A DNA stretch of 64,000 bases from the human T2T-CHM13v2.0 reference genome, Homo sapiens. Under the pieces are notes generated by a model, which saw only the letters and a program-made list of their open reading frames with translations, was not told the DNA's origin and did not search any database. This document shows, in pieces, positions 1 to 12,672 of this stretch. The stretch's first letter is position 1. Every line of letters begins with the position of its first letter. Both the position numbers and the translations under genes were made by a program. Location: NCBI RefSeq assembly GCF_009914755.1, contig NC_060939.1, one strand, 5' to 3'.

Positions 1-335
1 GCAAGGTCAAGAACTGCATACAATCTATTCTCCTATTTAATTAGGCCAGAATTAAAATGTGGGTCAGCTCTTGTTACAGTACACCACTACCACCGACATT
101 CCTGCAAAACAAAGATGAACTAGCCCAATCGATGGCCTCCTTATTAAAAGGAATGTCCCTCGGCACTTAGGGTAACTATGCTTGACCTATATTTTACAGA
201 TAGTAGTATCAGACTTAGTGTCAAATTAGTTAGACCTGAGCTTCAGAAAAGGTTAAAAAAAAATTCCTCCCTAACATAAATACTACGGCCAAATGAAATA
301 TTTTTCAGTATACCTGATAAGAAGTCAGGCAAACA

Positions 336-710
<375 letters not shown>

Positions 711-1114
711 CTAACGAAGCCCTGACCCTGGGTTGATTTCATGGTACCTAGGTCTGTACCAGGCTGGGCTGAGGGTAGAGGCCCCACTGTCCTATGATTT
801 ACTTTTATAACACAGGGACTGGCCAAAAGAAGTTTTACAGTTAGAAAGTAACTTACAAAACTATCTCAATGTCCTCATTGTACAGATGAGGAAACTGAAG
901 GCAAGTTTCAAAATCACAGAGCTACTCAGGGCTAAGGATGCAAGCTGCCCTCAGGTGGCACACAAACAACATTTATTTTAATAATTATGGATTTGTTTTA
1001 ATGCACATTAGAAAAAATACGTAACTACATATCAAACCTATGATTAACTAGATGTAGTACAGTTTCCTTTTAAAATACATTTTTTTATGTCAAAAAAAAG
1101 TAGTGGGGGAAGTA

Positions 1115-1243
1115 ATTTTTTTTTTAAGAGATGGAGTCCTGCTGTGTTGTCCAGGCTAGACTCAAATTCCTGGGCTCAAGCAATCCTCCTGCCTCAACTT
1201 CCCTAGTAGCTGCGACTATAGGCACACGTCATTGCTCCTGGCT
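1115..1243 (-). mobile_element. FLAM/Alu monomer
   Basis: Poly(T) followed by a reverse-complement Alu monomer. Confidence 0.85.
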
Positions 1244-1480
1244 TAAAGAGAACTATGAGTAAATATTGGTATAGGTGGTGTCTCGGTGTGGCCAAAGTTA
1301 TAGAGTATAGGAGACCCCAGACTCTTGTGACCTGAGGGTTCTTCCGTAATGTCACTGTGAGCTTCCGGGATACTTTTCTTAAATAGCTGCACATGCGTTT
1401 TAAATTCTTGTGACACACAATTAATAATAACAACTAATGCTATTTGGAGAGTCCTTTTAAGGAATTCATGACACCCCTTC

Positions 1481-1530
1481 CTACACATTCCAGGGCCACC
1501 CAATGGTCCACCAGAACGCCACTGCCGCAC
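1481..1530 (-). CDS. PCSK6: Intron read-through extension of exon 10 giving the alternative C-terminus GAAVAFWWTIGWPWNV* (PACE4B/PACE4.1-type truncated isoform)
   Basis: The frame stays open through the donor to TAG at 1481-1483; the peptide matches my recollection of the described PACE4B terminus. Confidence 0.8.
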
Positions 1531-1634
1531 CTTTATGACCCGCGCCGTTCACTTTCCAGTCGCTCGCTTTCAGGTGGGCCGGCCGGGATGTCTTCACTAG
1601 CAGGTGCTGGACGTCCCTCCAGGTTAACTGGCTG
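1531..1634 (-). CDS. PCSK6: PCSK6 exon 10: (N)SQLTWRDVQHLLVKTSRPAHLKASDWKVNGAGHK
   Basis: 104 nt, acceptor TTGCAG, donor AAG|GTGCGG, phase 2-1; LTWRDVQHL motif. Confidence 0.97.
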
Positions 1635-2138
1635 CTGCAATGACACAACACACCCTAGAGTCCACACAGCTCAACAACGGCAGCCACACAGGCCACTCAG
1701 AGGCAGGGGGTCGGCAGCCAACCCACGTCTGAACTTCAGCAAGCCCCTCAGGCTAAGGACTGCATTCCTTGGCAAGGGTTTATTTCACCACCTCTTTGTA
1801 AACAAGTTTCCGGCAACTAAATCCTGAGGGAAAAAAAGGTTCAATGGGTGACCCAAAATTCATAAGCATTAAAGCCTAGCCTTGCTGCCAAGCTCTGCCT
1901 GAGTTTGCCCAGAGCCATATGGGAAATTCTGAAAATACAAGACACTTAACATAATAGTAAATGTTTATTAAATACTTGGGGTTATTCTTCATCCTAAGCA
2001 AATACAACAGTGCATAAGAGTACATTCAAACCACGATTGGCCGAGATTCCATCCTGTGTGGACCCACTGGCTGTAGATTATAATTCAAGATTTTATATAT
2101 GATTCTAAATTTGCAAAATATTCTTTTTGGGGAAGTAG

Positions 2139-2526
<388 letters not shown>

Positions 2527-3300
2527 CACCTTTTTCTTTTTTTTAACACCTCTGAAATCCAGATCCATCTTATGATCTGATACCTCTTATAAGCCCCTCT
2601 GCCCACAGCAACCAGGAACGGGTTACATTGCCTGGAGGTGCTGAACTTGGTCCTGTCTATTCACAGTGTCATTTCCAGGTCTAAATAACTCTCAGCCTAA
2701 AAGAACTCTTCAATAGTTACAAAAATTCTAAGAGATATGGATGCATTGTATAATGGCAGCACTTCTGGTTTCTGTGGTACATAAAAAGGTGCATGTTACA
2801 ACTTTATGGCATCTTGGATTCGATGAAATATAGTATTTTTCATACTATCTGTACACAGAGAATAGTATAAAATAAGAGCATTGTTCCTTTCTTCTAATCA
2901 GTATTAAATGCTATGCAACCTGGATATTTGAACATACAAGCTTTCTGCAAGGCTGCTTTAAAACATGGTAAAGATAACACCTACATGTGAATCAGTAATG
3001 AAAGGAATATATTTTTGCCCTATCAAACAGCTGAGTGAAAAGAAAGATGTATGGGCTCATGGTTCCGGCCGCCATTTGACAGATAAATATTTATAGATCT
3101 TTTATTCCTTTTTTAGTCGGTTAAATTGATGCCTACCTAGGACTTTCTATTCAATCAGAAAATTAACCAAGAATAAACGAACATCTCTCGAGTCCAAGAC
3201 TCTCACTCCCTAATATCACAAACACATACTCTTTCCTTCCAGACCATCTTCCCAGGGCTCGTTGGGATGCAGGTGACCAGAAGCACAAGCCCCAGCCTTG

Positions 3301-3370
3301 TCTCGGTGCACGTTTACTAGGAACGCACACCGTGCTCTCGGTGCGTGTTTACTAGGAACGCACGCCGCGC
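3301..3370. repeat. 35-bp tandem duplication (2 copies)
   Basis: TCTCGGTGCACGTTTACTAGGAACGCACACCGTGC followed by TCTCGGTGCGTGTTTACTAGGAACGCACGCCGCGC. Confidence 0.9.
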
Positions 3371-3569
3371 CACAGGTGCTGCCTCAGGGAATGTGACCCT
3401 AGGAACACGGACTAAGTAAAATCGGGGGAGCTGCTGCAGCTGAGGGGGCCTGGAGACGCAGAAGAGAGAGAGCTGAAGTACCCAGCTGCCCCGCCCTCCC
3501 CAGTGGCACCTGCTGGGATGTCACAGGCGTCTCTCCAGTGGCCCACTCTGTGTGTGGGTGTGCGAAGAC

Positions 3570-4130
3570 GTACAGAACACAAACTTTCCCATTTCAACCA
3601 TTTGTAAAGGTACAGCTCAGTAGCATTAAGGACGTTCACATTGCTCTGGTACCGCCACACCCACCTCCAGAACTTTTCACCACCTCCAGACTGAAACTCT
3701 GTCCCACGGGACACTCAGTCCCCATCGCTCCTTCTGCAGCCCCTGGCAGGCACCACGCTACTTTCTGTCTCTATGAGTTTGATGGCTCCAGGTCTTCGTG
3801 TAAGTGGAACCACACAGGATTTGTCTTATTTCCCTTAGCACAACGTCCTTGAGGGACCTCATCATAATCTGTATCCGAATCTCCTTCCTTTCAAGGCTGA
3901 ATGTTCCACGTGTGTACAGAGCACACTTCGCTGATCTCTTCGTCCATCATGGACACTCGGGTTGCTCCCGCCGTTCAGCTGTTGTGAACCATGCTGCCAT
4001 GAACATGGCTGGGCCGGTATCTACCCGAGTCCCTGCTTTCAATCCTGGATATCACCCACAAGTGGGATTGCTGATCATCTGGGGAGTCTGTTTAATTTTT
4101 TCAAGGACGCGCTACACTGTTTTGTATGGC
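3570..4130 (-). mobile_element. Old L1 (L1MB/L1ME-like) 3' end fragment
   Basis: Reverse L1M 3' motifs such as tgtctctatgagtttg, taagtggaaccacacag and gctgccatgaacat. Confidence 0.7.
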
Positions 4131-4906
4131 GGCTGCTCTGCACACTCCCACCCTCGGCCCCCTCTTTGCCTGTTTTCCTACGAGAAGCTCACCCATGGCG
4201 TTAAGTCTTGGGTATACTCCTTCCCTGGGCTCACACTCTCCAGGCTCCAGCCCTGGCCTCCCCTGACTTCTCCAATGTGTTCTTGCTGCTCCTGGCTGGT
4301 CACTGGCTTCCTCACCGTCTCTCCCCGTCTGTGTCCAGTGGCTCAGTCTCCAGGCCTTTCCCTGCCAGGCACACCTGTTCTCCTCCTGCATCCACTGGCC
4401 TTCCTGCGGCCCACACGCCAACCTCACTGTTAGGGGAGATTCTGAGGCCTCGAGTAGCCCATGGCCGTGCACCCTGGTAGAGAGGTCACAGGTGCAGGCT
4501 TTGGAGTTTAGACAAGTGCTGACATGGCCACACCCCATGCTGCCCGTGCAACCTGGCAAGTTACTGCTGTGTGTCAGCAGGGCGTACTCGAAGACGGCTA
4601 CAGCCAGTCCTCCTGGAAATCTTGAATTTAGGTGCCGGGATGACCTTTGGAGTGGAGGACAGAATGGGTCCAGGGAGTGAGAAAGTTAGGAACCATTTTC
4701 TTATGAAAAAATCTATTTTATTTTTGACTCTAGCAATAAAATCACAAATATAACCGCATGGAAAATATGTCTAAGAGAGGATGTTGAAAATGTTTTTTGA
4801 TGAAGAACGGATGTTTGAAAAGTACCAAGACTGTCCCAAAACCATGGGACTCCCTTTAGAGAATTCCAACACGTATGGGTCTTCCTTCATTCTGGCCCCA
4901 CGCTGT

Positions 4907-5012
4907 CTGGGGGCCCTCCCCAGACTCTCAGGGAGCATCTCCACCCAGAACCATCTGGCTGGGGGTCCTCCCCAGACTCTCAGGGAGCATCTCCACCCAG
5001 AACCATCTGGCT
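4907..5012. repeat. 52-bp tandem duplication (2 copies, 1 mismatch)
   Basis: CTGGGGG(C/T)CCTCCCCAGACTCTCAGGGAGCATCTCCACCCAGAACCATCTGG repeated at 4907 and 4959. Confidence 0.95.
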
Positions 5013-5959
5013 TTGCCCCAGTTCCTTCCACAGCAGTAGTGAACAGAGAGAGAAGGCGGCCTGGGGCCAACCTGCACAGGCGAGAGCTATCCCAGGCTAC
5101 AGGTCTGTTCAACACAGGTTTTCAAATTCCCAGACATCAACCGTTCCTTCCTTGACCAATCCTGTAAGTGTCGAGTGCTCTAGACTGACATTGTTCCAAA
5201 TGATGTTTGCCTGATCTGTCCCCTGTATGTGTCTGAGGAGGAGCTAAAATGATGAGGAAGATGACCGTCTGAGCTTTCACGTGCCCACTGACCAAGTTTA
5301 AGGGGACAATGCGCCCCGGAGCAGGGTTTGTTTTCCATTTAGCTCTTTGCATGTTTCCAATAAGGAATGGAGGAAAATACAGCGCAAGGAAGGGTAAAGT
5401 ATGAGAATGTGAGTTTCCACACAAGCAACTCATTATGAAGAATTTTTAAAAAGAGCCTCAGGACACAGAAGCTAACATTTGGGCCTGGAAATTAAAAATA
5501 TCAAACTGTTCCTTTGTTACATTGGTAGCATTTGAGTGTTACGCTCAGTTTGTCTTGTGCAAATCCACATGCAAACACACGTAATTACAAGCATTGAGGC
5601 ATCCCAACCATTCTTTTTGAGTTATTTGAAAACTCATCTACAGCAGATGACTACTGCAGAGGGCTGGTTTGTTCTCTGCCAGTTTTGGTGACTAAAGTAC
5701 AATTCGGATTTGACTCTATGACTCCATGTGCGGTTAACTTGCTTTTCTTTCTGAACCAACAACACATACACAACTCAAGAGTTTTTCTTGACTGTTAATT
5801 TACAAATGAAAGTTCCTAAAAGGAAGCCAGCGCAACCTAAAGTGTGGATTTGCTGTGAGGTGCAGAATCAGAGGCAGGCCTTGGACTCTGGCCCAGCCAG
5901 CCCCCGTGTCCTACAAAGGGCAGGAGACTTGGGCTTTAAGAAAGGAAGAAACCACTTCA

Positions 5960-6690
5960 CGCCCATCAGATGGCCTAAAAAAAGGAAGGAAATTTTGATA
6001 CGTTCTACAAACGGGTGAACCTTAAAGACATTATGTGAAGTGAAATAAGCCAGGCACAAAAGGACAAATCCTGTGTGATTCCACTTACATGAGGCACCTA
6101 AAGCAATGAAATTCATAGAGACAGAAAGTAGAATGGTGGTTGCCAGAGGCTAGGGCGGGGGGTCAATGGGGAGTGTTATAGGCTGAACTATGTCCCCTCC
6201 AAAATGTATTCATCGAAGTCTTAGGCCCCAGTACCTCAGAATATGATTATATTTGGAGATAAGGCCTTTAAAAAGGTAATTAACATAAAATGAGATTATT
6301 AGGGTGGGCTCTAATCCAATATGACCAGTGTCCTTATAAAAAGAGGACACAGCAGAAGGGGAGAAGTCAGCTTTCTGCAAGCCAAGAAGACACCAACCCT
6401 GCTGACACCTTGATCCAGGAATTCCAGGCTCCAGAACTTTGAGAAACTAAATTTCTGTTGTTTGAGCTGCCCAGTCCGTGGGACTCTGTTACGGCAGCCT
6501 GAGCTGACTAACCTGGGCAGCTGCTGTTTAACGGGCAGAGGGTTCCAGCCTGGGAAGAAGACGAAGCTCTGGGAGAGGGATGGTGGTGCAGGTGCACGAC
6601 TCACTGAATGTGCTTAATGCCGCTGAGCTGTCCACTTCAATAGGGTGAAAATGGCCAATGTCATGTGTATTTTACCACAATCTAAACATT
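5960..6690 (+). mobile_element. L1MB-like 3' end, interrupted by an MLT1 LTR
   Basis: aagccaggcacaaaaggacaaa...gacagaaagtagaatggtggttgccag before 6175; the element resumes with ctgtttaacgggcagag...tttaccacaa after 6520. Confidence 0.75.
6174..6512 (+). mobile_element. MLT1A/B-like MaLR solo LTR nested in the L1MB fragment
   Basis: tgttataggctgaact...gggtgggctctaatccaatatgacc...gttacggcagcc pattern. Confidence 0.8.
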
Positions 6691-6722
6691 TTTTTTTTAG
6701 AAAAAGGTAAGTGGGAACTTAC

Positions 6723-6823
6723 TTTGCTTCTAGAGCCAAGGCGATGATGCCCGCCACCATGGGGGCAGAGACTGAGGTCCCAGTGTGGCCATCGGTACAG
6801 CGCTGACGCAGATCCGTGGTGAC
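6723..6823 (-). CDS. PCSK6: PCSK6 exon 9: VTTDLRQRCTDGHTGTSVSAPMVAGIIALALEA(N), with the catalytic Ser
   Basis: 101 nt, acceptor CCCCAG, donor AA|GTAAGT, phase 0-2; GTSxSAP motif. Confidence 0.98.
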
Positions 6824-7591
6824 CTGGGGGAGAGAGAAGCACAGTGAGGCAGTGATGGCAGACAGGCTAACTCACTCTCTGGAGAAGGCTGGGCTACTTC
6901 AGGTGCCACTAACTGGCAAGCGTGACCCTGGGTCTCGGGAACAAATAAGGTGTTAGGCAAATGCATCTCGGCAACCACAGGTTTCCACAACATCTGGTGC
7001 TCCCTGCTAAATCACTTTGTAGGAAGACAGGCAGGGGCAAGAAGGCCAGCTGGGAGCACAGACCGTACGCTTTGATAATAATAGATCAGCTGGTTCCCTC
7101 TCTACTGCAGAAGCGCATGTGGAAAAAATGGTAAAACAACATGAAACCAAGACGCACCCCACAAGCCCTCATCCCTGGGTCTGCTGGACTTTGTGGCCTA
7201 TCACCAACAGCCAAGAGTACCCATGGCAAAACCATCAGAGTCCACACTAGCTACCCCTAAGTCACCCCCTGACTTCAGAGCAGCTAGAGGTACCCAGGTG
7301 GCTCAGAGAGAGTTTCTGCCTTTAGCCAGTAGGTCATAAGCTGGGTTCTCCACCAGGACGTCCTCCTAAAGAAGCAGATCAACCTGGCATGTTCTTGACC
7401 GCCCAAGGCCTACTGCACAGGGCAACAAGGCAGGTACCGCTAGCTGGGGCTCTGCCTGCCCTCCTCGGAGGCACTGGCCCAGGCTGGGTGTGGGATGGAT
7501 TCTGGACCTCACTACCACTCAGGCTGATGTGTATCTCCCGTTGGACTCAAACGGGAAGCGGGTGCTGGGGGTTCAGCCTGTGTGGGTTCAG

Positions 7592-8165
7592 GTGTGCTAG
7601 GTGGGATTGTGGCCCCCATCATCTTTGTCCCCTGGTGTTATTCCAATGAGCTTTGCAGATAGAGTTAAGGTTGGTAGCCAGCCGACCTTAAAGCAGGAAG
7701 ATTATCCTGGATTATCTGAGTAGACCTGGTGCCACCACAGGGCCCTCCACCTTGGAAGAGGAAGGCAGCAAGGCTGTTGGAGAGAGGAAGCATTAGAAGG
7801 ACTGGACCCACCGCTGCTGGCATTGAAGAGGGAGCTGAGGAGTAAGCCAATGAATGTGGGTGGCCTCCAAAGGCTGAGAACGGGCCCCAGCTGACAGCCC
7901 ACAAGGAAATGGGAAACTCAGTCCCAGAACCACAGGGACCTGAGTTTTGCCAACAGCCCGAGTGGGCAAGGAAACAGATTCTCCCGGGAGCCTCCGGAAG
8001 GAACCACGGCCCTGCCAGCACCTTGGTCTTGGCCTTGTGAGACTCAAAGCAGAGACTCGGCTGAGGCTCCTGGACTTCTGGCCTACAGGACCATGAGATA
8101 TCAATTTGTGCTGTTTTAAGCTGCTAAGTTTGTGATAATTTGTTATGGCAGGAATAGTAAAGTCA
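7592..8165 (+). mobile_element. MLT1D/E-like MaLR LTR
   Basis: gattatcctggattatctg, aaggaaacagattctccc and tgctgttttaagctgctaagtttgtg motifs. Confidence 0.75.
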
Positions 8166-9850
8166 CACCCACCCACCCACCACAGGACTCCAGTAGCCGA
8201 TTTGCCTAACCTTTGAGAATCAATTTCACAGTGAGAGCAATCCAGATCCTCTTCCGAACTCAGCACCTTCCTTGCACACGTTTGAGCTGGGCCAACTGTC
8301 TAGGGAAGGTGGGGGTCTGGTCTGTGTCACACACAGGAAGATGTGACGGGAAGGCCAACAGAGACCAGTTTCCTCCTTGTTCGTTTCAGTGGGGCTGGGG
8401 TACCTCAACATGGGGAGGGCAGCTGAGGGCATGGGAAAAGGGACAAAAATGCTCCCTCTCTGACTCCAGCATCTTCATATGCAAATGGACACCATGATAT
8501 AGATTTCAGGGGTTCTCGGCAGATCACAGCCAGGCACCTGAATGTACTTGGGCTTGGTAAATGGTGGCCAGGAGGAGAAACTAGGGGTGGCTGGGCAGGA
8601 GGCCACGCTCCCAAGAGCATGTGAGGCTCACAGCTGGTTCTCCAGCTTCAGAGAAGGGGGTCCTGGGGAGCGAGCAGAGGGGCCTACCCTGGGAGGGATG
8701 GCTGAATCAAGGTGGACAGCCCCTCCTGAGTCCTAGTGCCACGCCTGGGACACAGCTCGTGTTCAGTGAACGAACATACCCTCTTGTTCTGGTGAGAGAT
8801 GCTTTCTTTAGGTTTTACTCCTCTATAAAGAGTCATGTGTCACCACAGGACATCCCTCGCTCCAGGTGGACACACCTGCTCACATTCCTCAGACTCAGAG
8901 GGACAGAGAATGCAGGCGGACAGGGTTGTGATCGCCATCACAGGCCTGCCTGAATGCTGGGACTGTGATATGTCGACTATCCTGAGCAGCACTCGTCTCC
9001 CTGGAGGACGTCTAAGAGGACTCAGAACAAAAGCTGGGCTCTAGTAGAGCTGAAAATAACACCCCTCCTACTGTCAGAGCAGACTTCCCGGGCAGTGACC
9101 AAGACAAAGTATATTTTCTCTTTTACCGTTCTCCAAACTATACCCTTCTTACCCACATATTATTGCTCAGGGAAGAGAATTTTAAAATAAGAAAGAAAAA
9201 GCATTTTATAGCCAAGGCACACACACATGCATGGCATACAGATCACACGCTGACGTGATTCGTAATGCAAATAAAGCTGCAAGTCCTACTTCCAGGGTTG
9301 AGAGACACCATCCTGCCTGCACGCAGTCCATGTTATAAACTGTCCCATAACTTAGCAAATTCGAACCTGCATCCATTCGGCCAGCAAGACTATGTTGGGT
9401 TTTGGCCAACTGTCTGTCTAATAAGACCCTAGCAGGTCCGTGCTCAAATGAGCTGGATTTCTACATAAACAGGACACCATTCAGCATCTCAGCTGCCCGT
9501 CCCAGGGGTGCGTACTCCAGCAGAAAAGGAAAATAACAAATTAATACCTTAGTTAACCAGGCCGAGCTGCTACCAGGCTGGCGACAGAACGATGGCAGCT
9601 GACCTTTCACTGGTGCGGAGCAAAGCCGAGAACAGGAAGCCTGTATGCTCCCACAGAAAAGTGTAAAAATAAATTTGCAAATAACTTCGAAAGATGTGGC
9701 TGAGCAGCCGCAGAAATGAAAAGATGCTAGTGAGCTTTAAAATTTAACCATGTCTGGCCAGCTCCACAGTCTCATTTTTAAAATGTCTACAAGTCAACGT
9801 AATGACTTTGCACTTCAATTCTGCATTAATTTGAACTGGAAACCCTCCCT

Positions 9851-9855
<5 letters not shown>

Positions 9856-9882
<27 letters not shown>
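9856..9882. repeat. Poly(T) run of about 27 nt
   Basis: Seen directly in the sequence. Confidence 0.9.
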
Positions 9883-9884
<2 letters not shown>

Positions 9885-10483
9885 GTAGGAAAGTATGTAG
9901 GGAAGGAAAAAGCACAAATTCTACCTGAGTACTAAAACAGTTACCTTTTAAAAGACAAATCATGCTTATGTTCACTTAAGTAAGCGGAACAGACAGAAAC
10001 CACTGCTCGACTTAAAGTGTCCAGAAAAAGTGCTTCTGTAGCAACAGAATGCCTAGAAGAACTCCTGGATTTCTAGAATGTCTCAGTATAAAACCAAGTC
10101 TTTCTCTTACTCTGTTGTACACGCTGGAACTGGATGGGTTCATTCGATTCCAAGACATGTGACCACAGAATTTCAGAGTTAAAACAAGACATCATGAGAA
10201 GGAACCTCGTTCTTAAATAATATTTTTAGATCTCTAAAGCCAGAGAGGGGTTTAACTGCTATTTCTGTGCAAAGATTAGAAAGCCAGTGTCCAAGGAAGG
10301 CTGCCAAGGGACTGGGGTTTACCTTCAGGCTCAAATTGTTCGCCGATGGGTGAGGCTGGGACCCTGGGATCCGGAACAATCTGGCCTCAATCTAAGCCAT
10401 CTTTCTGAGAAAGGGAGAAGAAACTCATTCCCAGAGGGCTGAGGCACTCACTGTAAGCACTCCAACTTGCCAAGAGAACTTAC

Positions 10484-10696
10484 GATTTTTCGCTCATAAA
10501 AGGCCCCACTGCTGTAGGTGGTGGCCAGGGTGGAGGCACACTCTTCCAGGTACCAGGGCTTGTAGCCATTCTCGGTGGCGCTGCTGACGGAGATGGTGTA
10601 GATGCTGTTGGTGTAGCCATCGCACGAGCAGTAGTCCCCCTCTCTCCCGCCATTCCCAGATGCCCAGACGAAAATGGAGCCCAGGCCCTGCCGGCC
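10484..10696 (-). CDS. PCSK6: PCSK6 exon 8: [71 protein letters not shown], with the oxyanion-hole Asn
   Basis: 213 nt, acceptor CTCCAG, donor ATC|GTAAGT, phase 0-0; WASGNGG motif. Confidence 0.98.
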
Positions 10697-11399
10697 CTGG
10701 AGGGACAAGAGGAACAAGGCTTAGCCCCGCAGCAGAACCTCGTAGGGTGGGTCTCCCCCCGAACCTAGAGTCCCATCTCCCAAATGTTCCTTCAAAGGGA
10801 TAAGAAGGTTGCATTCAGACCATCTGGATGCTGCTGAGAGCATGGTTTTGGGGGCTCTGTTTGGATTTTAATGGTGTGCCTTTGCCTGTGGAAGCAGCCT
10901 TAAAATTGCAGAATCACAGGATCATACGAGGGAAAGGGGCCAGAAAGACTCCTCTGTTCTTCACAGGAAAATCAAGGGTCCCAACACAAGCTGCTCTATT
11001 CCAGAGCCATGCCTGTCATTTCCATCGCAATGGCCTAGGATCAAAGAGAGCTAGCAGTGCTGCAAATGACACTGAGATTACAGATGATGGAGGAATTTAC
11101 AACTTTAATTTTTCTGGGTTGAAAGAGCTGGTCTGGTGGGGAAAAGAATGATTTTTCTGGAAAACATACTTGAAGAGGTACCCTTCTTGCAGAGCGAGCT
11201 AAATTTGCAAAGAGGGATAGGACCATGAACTCTGCGTGAAGACAGAATAGGTGGAAAGGGTTACGTCCAGGAAGCTGGTAGCAGCTTGTGGGTGTCCTGT
11301 CAGAGCTCCCTGTGGTCTCTGCAGTGGGTAAGTATCAGGGTGGTCTGATTTACATCACTAGCCAAGGCCAGGGCCTCATTTGTGTGTAGGTTTTCTTTC

Positions 11400-11548
11400 C
11401 TTTTTTTTGTTTTTTGTTTTTTTTTTTTTTGAGACAGGGGTCTTGCTACGTTACCCAGGCTGGTCTGGAACTCCCGGGCTCAGGTGATCCTCCTGCCTTA
11501 GCCTTCAGAGTAGCTGTGCCTATAGAAGTGTGCCGCCATGCCCAGCTG
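11400..11548 (-). mobile_element. FLAM/Alu monomer
   Basis: T-rich tail followed by a reverse Alu monomer. Confidence 0.85.
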
Positions 11549-12507
11549 TGCACCGGTGTTCATTGTTAAGAACGTACACATGAAAGCAAGTCTTTGAAAG
11601 ACAGCAGCCAGTCAGGGCAGATTCCTGCAGCTCCGCTCTATCCCATACCCACAGGATGGATGATTTCTGACCACACTGAGAATCATTCCAGCCACAAGTA
11701 CCAGCTAAAGATTAGCGAGTGGAAGACTGAACTGACGGATATAGTCCAGATGGCTGGATGGGCTGGTGGTGCACAGCTGGCCCGAGAGAAGGGCCAGCAT
11801 CCACCTCCACGGGAAACTGGAGCCACTGGCTGGCCATCACATCCTTACTAAGGACCGTCCTTCACAAACAAACAGAGGAAATTTATACTTATGCTCAACA
11901 ATCGGCCAATTTAAAGATAACTTACACACCAATTCTGCAATCCCCGTAGAGCCAAATTGAAGCCTGCTGCTGACCAAACATGTCACACTCACTTTTGGAG
12001 CACAATGAGTGGACCCGCCTGCTCTGTACGCTCACACCACGGGGGTTTGTAAACCAAGGAGACTCCAGCTCCAACTTGAGGCTCCCAAGAAAGCCCACAG
12101 GAAAGTTCTTGGAGCTCACGCAGCCCCGCTGCTTAAGGCTGCCGCGTCCACTCTGCTTTCTGCATCTGCAAGGTGAACCTGTCGGGGTGGCCAAGAGCTC
12201 AACAGAAAGGTCCCTCCCAGAAAAGCTAACCTTCTGAGAGAAAGGCACAAAGAGCTCAGGAAGGTGGTGTGTGTGTGCACGTGATTACCTGCAGGAAGAG
12301 ATTCAGCTGAAGCCGGTTTAAAGCAACTACAATGCAAATCAAAAGGTATTTAACCCATCAGAGCCTGTCCTTATTCCAGGTGAGAATTAGTCCTAGACAC
12401 TGCCACTCCTAACTCCCCACCCCACTTGAAATGACTTATAAAATGTTGTCCTTTTGCAAGGTGGAGCATGCAACCTTACTGCTCCAGGAGCAGAGAATGG
12501 CCAAAAA

Positions 12508-12672
12508 CAGTGCTCCCCAAACTTGAATGTGCACACCCTGGAGTCACCTGGGAACCTGTTACAATGCAGACTTGTGCCCCAAAGTCCAGGGTGGGCCTGA
12601 GAGTGTGCATCCCTAATGAGCTCCCAGGGGACGCCAGTGCTGCTGGCTCTGGACCCCACTTTGAATACCAAG
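12508..12672. mobile_element. MER5-like hAT DNA transposon remnant
   Basis: cagtgctccccaaactt...tcacctggg...gaccccactttgaata pattern. Confidence 0.65.

Noticed and set aside
3804-4433. 209-aa ORF
   Set aside because: Largely the antisense reading of an old L1 3' fragment
10446-10483. Second donor-like GTGAGT 32 nt downstream of the exon 8 donor
   Set aside because: Poor exonic context (ACA|GT), out of frame, and the true donor is a strong GTAAGT
8479-12339. Three ATGCAAAT octamers (8479, 9265, 12332), one near TGACGT
   Set aside because: A few hits of an 8-mer in 64 kb is near chance expectation; no supporting context
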